From IMG/VR virus record IMGVR_UViG_3300042519_001716: 64,000 nucleotides of DNA. One strand, written 5' to 3'. The notes under the pieces are model-generated. The model made no database searches and was not told where the DNA came from. It saw only the letters and a list, made by a program, of their open reading frames with translations. Made by a program: the position numbers and the translations under genes. Numbering within the stretch: the first letter of the stretch is position 1; each line of letters starts with the position of its first letter. Below, in pieces: positions 9,231 to 15,679 of the stretch. Source of the stretch: a virus (lineage: Duplodnaviria; Heunggongvirae; Uroviricota; Caudoviricetes).

Positions 9231-9788
9231 ATGACAGAAGTTATTAACCTATCAAGCAATGTTATTGTTAGCGACCCTTGCTACAGTAGACCAACCTGGT
9301 GCCAAACAGTACTAACAGATGTATTACCTGGAAGATATATTTCCCAGGTGAATGAAGATCCTGAAACCGACAGGTGTGCTGAGCTACTCGTCATACACGA
9401 GGATTATTACCAGAAGCATCTAGACTATGTCGATCATTCAAGCTGCGGGGTTGACAGTGGGCAGCTGGGGATCTTTGATGCCGCGTCATACAGAAACGAT
9501 GCTGCAGCTGCAGGTATCTCAACGCCGCGTATTAAATTCTCTGTTGCAGGTGATTACCAGGACGGTGACGCCTGGTATGAAAAGATGTGTAAGATCACCT
9601 TGGGTGAGCCACTTCGGTATGGAGCGTATGACACAGGTGTGGTTTCCTCAAGCGGATGGGGAGATGGAATGTACCCGCTGCAGGTGGCCAGAAATGATGG
9701 CGGCCAGATTGTTGGAATGCTGGTAACATTCATTGACCTTGAGGACGAAGATGAGGATGACTTCCTGATGGACGATGATGAAGATTAA
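9231..9788 (+). CDS. hypothetical protein with acidic C-terminal tail (DLEDEDEDDFLMDDDED)
   Basis: ORF track, 185 aa. Confidence 0.5.
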   Translation: MTEVINLSSNVIVSDPCYSRPTWCQTVLTDVLPGRYISQVNEDPETDRCAELLVIHEDYYQKHLDYVDHSSCGVDSGQLGIFDAASYRNDAAAAGISTPRIKFSVAGDYQDGDAWYEKMCKITLGEPLRYGAYDTGVVSSSGWGDGMYPLQVARNDGGQIVGMLVTFIDLEDEDEDDFLMDDDED

Positions 9789-9872
9789 ATAAAACTATTT
9801 CAAAATATATTTGCCCCAGATTTTTTTGTTCCAGTTTTTTTCCTTATATTTTATTATAAATTAATAAATGAT

Positions 9873-10055
9873 ATGAAAAAAACAAAAGCAACTCAGTCCC
9901 AGCCCCTGACCTATTCGTCAGTGGCACCAAACATTTACTTCGACGGTACTAGTTACCGTGTAAGAATGATTCTAAACGGAGAGCGCTACAGCAAGAACTT
10001 AACTTCTAAGCGTGCTGCAGTAATGTACCGTAACTCACTTCTTAAGACAGCTTAA
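9873..10055 (+). CDS. small basic protein, possible arm-type/AP2-like DNA-binding domain
   Basis: IYFDGTSYRVRMILNGERYSKNLTSKRAAVMYRNSL resembles integrase N-terminal DNA-binding folds; weak. Confidence 0.35.
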   Translation: MKKTKATQSQPLTYSSVAPNIYFDGTSYRVRMILNGERYSKNLTSKRAAVMYRNSLLKTA

Positions 10056-10081
10056 TAAGCTTCCTGGTATAGGTTTGTTCA

Positions 10082-10117
10082 AAAGGGGACCTGAGGAATC
10101 GGATCCCCTTTTTTTAA
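10082..10117 (+). terminator. Rho-independent terminator (AAAAGGGGA..TCCCCTTTTTTT)
   Basis: inverted repeat plus T-run directly after the 9873..10055 gene. Confidence 0.7.
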
Positions 10118-10129
10118 TATTTATATAAC

Positions 10130-10858
10130 ATGAGAGAACAAAACGAACCAACAAAACTATCCATTACCGGCAAGACGCTAGCGGGACTAGCCGGCCAGGT
10201 ATTCAAAGATGGCCCATATGAATATAGAATATACGTGAAGACCGGCGAGCTTGGAGACTCGACAATCGTATCCATATCCATCTTCATCGAGAACACTCCT
10301 CCGCATGTAGGTGTGGACCTGTACCTAATGGCCCTAAAACGTGTGGCCGAAGTGGCCGGCGATCACATAGAAAATTCAGAATGGATGATCAATAAGGTAA
10401 TCATAGAACAATATGAAGCCCTGGGTGAAATGACCCCAATGGTCACCGGACAAAGATCAAACATATTCGGGCTCCAATCATATAGAAGCCTCGAAGAGAA
10501 AATTAGAACCAATCTAACAAAATCAATTAACTTTCAACAAGTAAACGATATTATAGATGTTAGAAAAAGAAAGCTAACCAAGGTTCTTAACTATATGCAG
10601 AAAACACTACCAACATATAAGCAACCTCTTAACATAACTTACACCATATCTGGTGAAGTAAAAAGACACAACGAAGAAATCCTGGCTCCAAGTATTAAAG
10701 CAGATATCAATGTCACCATGGTAGAAAAACCAAAAGCAAGCGATCACACCGCAAGAGTAATTATAGACGCTATAAAAGATAGTATATATGAAATGATAGA
10801 AGATCTATCACCCATAGACATCCACTCGTATGACAACATTACAATAAAAGTATCATAA
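10130..10858 (+). CDS. hypothetical protein
   Basis: ORF track, 242 aa, GC-richer composition. Confidence 0.55.
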   Translation: MREQNEPTKLSITGKTLAGLAGQVFKDGPYEYRIYVKTGELGDSTIVSISIFIENTPPHVGVDLYLMALKRVAEVAGDHIENSEWMINKVIIEQYEALGEMTPMVTGQRSNIFGLQSYRSLEEKIRTNLTKSINFQQVNDIIDVRKRKLTKVLNYMQKTLPTYKQPLNITYTISGEVKRHNEEILAPSIKADINVTMVEKPKASDHTARVIIDAIKDSIYEMIEDLSPIDIHSYDNITIKVS

Positions 10859-10866
10859 GATGCTCG

Positions 10867-11151
10867 GACCAGTACCATACTGGTCCTCGCCGTATGACGC
10901 CCAGACTAACCCTCTGGGTTTTTTTATGCGTCTATCTTATGACCGCGTATGACTGGCCCACTGTATGACGGTCCAGCAGCGAGCCGGTCAGTATAGTACT
11001 GACTGGCGAGCATTCTAAATAAAACTATTTTAAAATTGCGTATGACACGCCAGGACATATATGCTCGCCCAGTACCATACTGGGCTCGTCCTGCGGAGCC
11101 GTATGACATCCCCTTATTTATGCACAATATATCCCCTCTTTTATGCACAAT
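10867..11151. repeat. noncoding iteron/inverted-repeat cluster: five GTATGAC boxes, three CAGTA-N3-TACTG palindromes, 2x ATCCCCTYWTTTATGCACAAT direct repeat
   Basis: GTATGAC at 10892, 10947, 10963, 11040, 11101; palindromes at 10867-10886, 10984-11006, 11067-11085; direct repeats at 11108-11128 and 11131-11151; only shadow ORFs present. Confidence 0.6.
10900..10927 (+). terminator. Rho-independent terminator (CCCAGA-loop-TCTGGG then TTTTTTTAT)
   Basis: 6-bp stem plus 7-T run after the last + strand early gene. Confidence 0.6.
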
Positions 11152-11350
11152 TAAATCGGCCCGTAATACACCGGACGCGCGCAAGCAGGCGAGCCCTCGA
11201 TCCCCTTTATGGGAGAGGGCGAGATCATATAAAACTGTTTAAATTCCAAATTATTTTTTTTGTGGGTCGTGAGTCACACAAGGTACACTTCCTGGAGAGT
11301 TCCCACTTATCCCCATTTTCTCCCACTTTTTGCGATTGTAATACAGCTAG

Positions 11351-11376
11351 CCAAAAAAAGTGCCCCTAGTGGGGCT
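11351..11376 (-). terminator. Rho-independent terminator on - strand (GCCCC-ACTA-GGGGC then TTTTTTT)
   Basis: stem-loop plus T-run read on the reverse strand, downstream of the leftward HNH gene. Confidence 0.5.
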
Positions 11377-11542
11377 TGTATCGCTATAAAATCAGCTACG
11401 ATGGAATCAGTACCTAAAATGGCAGTATTATACACATATATTTGCATAAATATGGACTTTTTGGCATGTTTCTATTGTGCAGATTTTAGACCATTTATTG
11501 TGCCAAATCCGGAAGTAAAAACGCGCCAAACCAGGAAGTTAG

Positions 11543-11596
11543 TGTTCACAAAATACTGTTGTTCACGGATCGTGAACAGAGAACAAACGTGAACAT
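11543..11596. promoter_or_regulatory. operator-like nested dyad: TGTTCACA-N9-TGTTCACG-GAT-CGTGAACA-N10-CGTGAACA
   Basis: perfect 8-3-8 palindrome at 11560-11578 flanked by two further half-sites in mirrored orientation. Confidence 0.5.
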
Positions 11597-11640
11597 ATAG
11601 GGCTCGCAATCTCTCGATTGCTCGCTGCGAAGCAGGTAGT

Positions 11641-11674
11641 ATGATCGCCCCTTCGCATAAAGTGCTTAGGGGCT
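11641..11674 (-). repeat. 34-bp copy (31/34 identical) of the start region of the LpxH-like gene at 23398-23432; forms a hairpin enclosing an ATG
   Basis: ATGATCGCCCCTTCGCATAAAGTGCTTAGGGGCT versus ATGATCGCCCTTTCGCATAAAGTGCTCAAGGGCT; two of the three differences are compensatory in a 6-bp stem. Confidence 0.6.
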
Positions 11675-11685
11675 TTAACAATATA

Positions 11686-12225
11686 CTATATAAATTTAAA
11701 GATATAACCTTTAAATGATTTTACATCTCCCCTTAAAACCTTTCTAATTCTTTGACTATTTTTTCTTAAAGCAACATTTTTAAGATCGGGGTAAAAATAC
11801 CTTGTAGCTTCATTTACTGAATTAAAGGTTTTTGTTTCATTTGTTTTTTTATTAACCATAAGGACAGGTTTATCGAGTCTACCTAAAGAAACCCCAACAG
11901 TATCGATATAGTGTTTAATATTCTCATCTCCTGTGACCCATTCAAGATTCTCTATTCGATTATCATTTTTAATCAAATTAATATGATTTACTTCTGGTTT
12001 ATTTTCTGTATTAGGAATAAATGCAGTTGCAATTAATCTATGTATAAAATGTCTTTTTCTTTTATAACCATTTTGCAACGTAACATTAATATAACCTTTA
12101 TTTGTTTTTAATGGTGTGAGTAATCTATTTCTATGTTTAGAATATACCTCACCATTCATACTTACAAAATAAACTCCGTCATATCCAGGAATTTCTTTCC
12201 ATATTGATTCATTACTTAAATCCAT
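11686..12225 (-). CDS. HNH homing endonuclease with AP2-type DNA-binding region
   Basis: NGEVYSKHRNRLL..GYINVTL..HRLIATAFIPN..VNHINLIKNDNRIENLEW; typical free-standing phage HNH. Confidence 0.75.
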   Translation of the reverse strand: MDLSNESIWKEIPGYDGVYFVSMNGEVYSKHRNRLLTPLKTNKGYINVTLQNGYKRKRHFIHRLIATAFIPNTENKPEVNHINLIKNDNRIENLEWVTGDENIKHYIDTVGVSLGRLDKPVLMVNKKTNETKTFNSVNEATRYFYPDLKNVALRKNSQRIRKVLRGDVKSFKGYIFKFI

Positions 12226-12517
12226 TATTTTTCTTTTTTACAGGTTTTCTGGTGGCTTTCCTTAATTCTTGTACCGACTCATAAACCATTTGATGTTTTA
12301 TGTTATAATGTTCTATCTTGTGACAGGTTTCGCATAGGGTATATAAAGCTTTATTATCATATTCCCATGGCATTCTACCTTTGATATAATATCCATGATG
12401 TACATGTAGAATCTTATTATTTCTTTTACACCCCCGACATGTGAATTTATCCTTCCGTTTTACCTCATAGGCTTTAGCTTTCCATCTAGGGTCTTGTAGG
12501 AGTTCCTTATAAACCAT
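12212..12517 (-). CDS. HNH endonuclease (zinc-finger HNH)
   Basis: CRGC..HVHHGYYIKG..CETCH motif pattern. Confidence 0.55.
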   Translation of the reverse strand: MVYKELLQDPRWKAKAYEVKRKDKFTCRGCKRNNKILHVHHGYYIKGRMPWEYDNKALYTLCETCHKIEHYNIKHQMVYESVQELRKATRKPVKKKNNGFK

Positions 12518-13016
12518 ATTTCTTTGCTTTTACCTCCAGTTTGTCTTCATCTGGAACATTATAGTCTGGATGGAGTTCTTCAATAACCACATAGGTATCA
12601 TAGAGGTCATATATGAATTTAAAGTATTGTCTCATGGTAACCTCACGATTATGTTTTAGTTCTTTAACTTTCTTCCTTACCTTTCTGCCTTTGATCTCAT
12701 ATATTTTATCAGAAAAGAATTCTTTATAGTTATCCCATACTTTATGGATATCTTTTTGTAATCTTGTTGGGGTTATTGGCATCCAATCTATTGCAGTACC
12801 GTTGCATCTTGGGGCGTGGGCGCATGAGATATAATCAATATGGTGGCCAGGGATTCTAACCACCTTATAGTTTCTTACCGAATATATGCTTCCGCAGTGC
12901 AAGCATTTAACTTTGGTATCCATTTTTGGTGGTGCGCCTTTTGGATAGTTATCTATAAGATATTTTTCCCTATCTTTAATATGGACCAAATGTCTGTTAT
13001 CCTCATATATTTCCAT
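12507..13016 (-). CDS. hypothetical protein with zinc-ribbon-like Cys/His cluster
   Basis: CLHCGS..HHIDYISCAHAPRC. Confidence 0.45.
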   Translation of the reverse strand: MEIYEDNRHLVHIKDREKYLIDNYPKGAPPKMDTKVKCLHCGSIYSVRNYKVVRIPGHHIDYISCAHAPRCNGTAIDWMPITPTRLQKDIHKVWDNYKEFFSDKIYEIKGRKVRKKVKELKHNREVTMRQYFKFIYDLYDTYVVIEELHPDYNVPDEDKLEVKAKKYGL

Positions 13017-13032
13017 AATGAATTTGTTTTAT

Positions 13033-13485
13033 TTATTCCCCTGTAAACGTTCCATCCGACTGAAGATACACCCCTTCTGACATATAAACCCCTTCTCCGT
13101 AATCGTCTGATGATAATTCTCTATACAGCTCAGCCATAGATTCTCTAGCCTGTTCTTCATTGTATTCGTCAATAATATTTTTATCTTTATCTGATAATAA
13201 GGTATAGATCTTATCTAACATCTCGCATGAATTATCCATGAAGATTTGCTCATATTCCATTAAATCTAGATCTATTGCGGATTGGTGGTTAAACCAATGA
13301 TCTTCTGGGAGTTTCTTTTTGGGGTAGTTACTAAAATCTAGAACCATATTGGCCATCATTGCTTTGGATTTTTTAATCATCCTCCTATTCAATTCTAACC
13401 ATAGATCCGCATTTACTTTTGAGTAATAAGTGACTTTTTTCATTTTTTTTATGTTATTTCTTCTATTGTTACCTTGTTCTTTCAT
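13033..13485 (-). CDS. hypothetical protein
   Basis: ORF track, 150 aa. Confidence 0.5.
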   Translation of the reverse strand: MKEQGNNRRNNIKKMKKVTYYSKVNADLWLELNRRMIKKSKAMMANMVLDFSNYPKKKLPEDHWFNHQSAIDLDLMEYEQIFMDNSCEMLDKIYTLLSDKDKNIIDEYNEEQARESMAELYRELSSDDYGEGVYMSEGVYLQSDGTFTGE

Positions 13486-13517
13486 TGTTGCCCATCTACA
13501 GTTAGATGGTTTTCATT

Positions 13518-13739
13518 TTAAATGTTTCTCCATAACCAAAATAAGAATTTATTTTCTCTACGTTTCTTATTTGGTTTATTTTGTTCTTTGATAAGTTGTT
13601 CGTGGCTTAAATAGCTGTTTCTCTCATTATGCTTATTCAACGATGTATTATGTTTTCTCATAACGCTTCCACCAATGTGCATGTAAGGATTGCACGATGT
13701 GATTGATATTGTTATTAATAATATTATAATCTTTCTCAT
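13518..13739 (-). CDS. small putative lipoprotein
   Basis: N-terminus MRKIIILLITISITSC has lipobox-like ITSC. Confidence 0.4.
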   Translation of the reverse strand: MRKIIILLITISITSCNPYMHIGGSVMRKHNTSLNKHNERNSYLSHEQLIKEQNKPNKKRRENKFLFWLWRNI

Positions 13740-13794
13740 AATGTATTGATTTAAGATTTATAATGCTAATATACAGAATTAATTCCATATTTCC

Positions 13795-13832
13795 AAAAAA
13801 ATCCCCGGAGTTAGTTTTCCGGGGGTTTCTTT
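13795..13832 (-). terminator. bidirectional Rho-independent terminator (CCCCGG-loop-CCGGGG flanked by A-run and T-run)
   Basis: follows stop of the 501-aa gene on the - strand. Confidence 0.6.
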
Positions 13833-13848
13833 ATTATATAGATTAAAA

Positions 13849-15354
13849 CTAGTACTTCGTGAATCTATTAAATTGCTCAGATAGTTCCTCTTTTAATTTC
13901 TTTGGTGGGGTCGGCTTAGATAATCTACCTAAGAGCGTGGACTTTATTCCATTATACTCTTCGTGATTCTTTACATCCGCGATAAAGGTAAACATATCCC
14001 CTTTATTATACTCACCATATAATTCTTCAGTTCCTTCTGCAGTTCTAAATGCTGAATTAAGCTCTCCGAACTTCTTTACCTTATTACCAAGTGAATCTTC
14101 GAATGACCAGATATGCCCCATACCAAACTGACTTTGAAATGATTTATGATTCAATAATTTTAAATCAGTGAATAATAACTTTTCGCCAACAGTTCCGATA
14201 TACTCATTAGACTTTTCAGCTCTGGTTAAACCTTCAGTATATTCATGAACAGCATAAATAAGTTTGCTGCAATCAATTACTCTGAATTCACCAGAGGATA
14301 AGATATCTTTAACTGATTGTAAGAACTCACCGAAACCACTACTTGGATCTTTAATTTCAACGCTTTCCCAATATGTTTTAACCTTTTCAGTTAAATCATT
14401 AACAGGTTTGAATTTTTTCATCTCATCCTCGGAAAATAATATATCTTCACATAGATCAGCGGTTGCTTTTCCTTTATTTGTTCTATGGTATTCTTGTCTA
14501 GATCCCCAGCCACTTCCAGTGCTAATATATTCGCCTTCCTTTTTAACATAACCCCTTGAATCCAATGCAAACTTAACAACAGCCATAGCCAAAGGAATTG
14601 GGACAGCAGTTAATAGTGGAGAAATTCCACGACGGCCACCACCTGATGGTTCATCATCAGGATCAAAATCAAAACCTGCATCCATTCTTTCATAGAATGC
14701 TATGGCAGCAATAAACTTGGCTGGATTAATACCAAATACTTTTTTAACACAATCCCCACCGAATCTCTTGATCTCTCCGGTTGCTGTATCTTTTACAAGA
14801 TAACTTTTTCCTCTATATCTATTAACATTACAAAGATGACACTCACTAGACGGTGTCAACATCTCAGATGGAACCGGCTCGTCACCAATCCTTACACTAC
14901 CGCCAGTTGTATTGTCCACAATGGCCAAGACATCCAATCCTTGTAGTTTGAAAATATTTTCCACAGTTACAGTTACAGGAATAAGATCAACATAATAACT
15001 GTACGTGCCCCAGATATCGTTCCAACCGAAACCCGCACGTTTTTTCTCACCAACATTAATGATTGGCTCCGGAACTTTATACTTCTTGCTCATCTTTTTG
15101 ATGGTCTCGATGGCTTGTCTCAATGAAGACTCACTGGACACCCTGAATTTGTATTCAGTTCTAACTGTATTTTTTGGGATGCTAAGACTATCGTCGTCCT
15201 GATTTACATCAGTAGATTCTATTTCTCTTTCAAGATCATTAATTACTTGTACATCCTTTTCGGATTGAACGGGTTCGCCCATTTCATCATTCTCTAAGAT
15301 ATTGGAAATCAGGTCTTTGTTTTCTTTTAAAATGTCAATTAATTTCATATCCAT
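13849..15354 (-). CDS. hypothetical 501-aa protein
   Basis: long ORF; CHLC..GGDC Cys pair; no family recognised. Confidence 0.55.
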   Translation of the reverse strand: MDMKLIDILKENKDLISNILENDEMGEPVQSEKDVQVINDLEREIESTDVNQDDDSLSIPKNTVRTEYKFRVSSESSLRQAIETIKKMSKKYKVPEPIINVGEKKRAGFGWNDIWGTYSYYVDLIPVTVTVENIFKLQGLDVLAIVDNTTGGSVRIGDEPVPSEMLTPSSECHLCNVNRYRGKSYLVKDTATGEIKRFGGDCVKKVFGINPAKFIAAIAFYERMDAGFDFDPDDEPSGGGRRGISPLLTAVPIPLAMAVVKFALDSRGYVKKEGEYISTGSGWGSRQEYHRTNKGKATADLCEDILFSEDEMKKFKPVNDLTEKVKTYWESVEIKDPSSGFGEFLQSVKDILSSGEFRVIDCSKLIYAVHEYTEGLTRAEKSNEYIGTVGEKLLFTDLKLLNHKSFQSQFGMGHIWSFEDSLGNKVKKFGELNSAFRTAEGTEELYGEYNKGDMFTFIADVKNHEEYNGIKSTLLGRLSKPTPPKKLKEELSEQFNRFTKY

Positions 15355-15403
15355 AAATATTATCGTTTATGATACAAATAAAAAGAATAATATTGGGATT
15401 ACC

Positions 15404-15439
15404 AAAAAAAAATCACACCACATATATGATGAGGGTGTG
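15404..15439 (-). terminator. Rho-independent terminator on - strand (CACACC-loop-GGTGTG then TTTTTTTTT)
   Basis: downstream of the 15450..15668 gene on the - strand. Confidence 0.5.
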
Positions 15440-15449
15440 CGTTAGTATT

Positions 15450-15668
15450 TTAAAAGAATGAATCTGGATACCAATCATCTAGTTGACGTCTATTATCTGT
15501 TATCTCTATATGGGTTTTTATAACATCTTCTGTTATGTCATCCTCATTCATTACCCTTAATGCTTTACCATTGAATATAGGTGAGATCACCTTATGATAT
15601 ATTATTTCTCCTTCTGGATCAAGGATGGTTTCAATTAATACTTTGTAGTGGCCTATTATTTTCTCCAT
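15450..15668 (-). CDS. hypothetical protein
   Basis: 72 aa, 12 nt downstream of the radical SAM gene. Confidence 0.45.
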   Translation of the reverse strand: MEKIIGHYKVLIETILDPEGEIIYHKVISPIFNGKALRVMNEDDITEDVIKTHIEITDNRRQLDDWYPDSFF

Positions 15669-15679
15669 AGTAATTTTTG

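Noticed and set aside
8362-10296. ORFs 8362..8682 (-), 8519..8701 (+), 9427..9726 (+), 10114..10296 (-)
   Set aside because: These are shadow ORFs inside or opposite genes 8176..8628, 9231..9788 and 10130..10858. The second lies over a terminator hairpin.
10867-11151. CRISPR array as an explanation for the repeated GTATGAC and palindrome units
   Set aside because: The repeats are short (7 bp), irregularly spaced and of three different types. There are no uniform repeat-spacer units and no cas genes nearby.
10924-11681. ORFs 10924..11184, 11036..11242, 11061..11369, 11260..11592 and 11472..11681 within the repeat-rich noncoding hub
   Set aside because: Their reading frames run through iterons, palindromes and a terminator, and the translations are low-complexity and Pro/Arg-rich. 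ORF 11036..11242 is preceded by a variant of the early motif, so a small gene or RNA here cannot be fully excluded.
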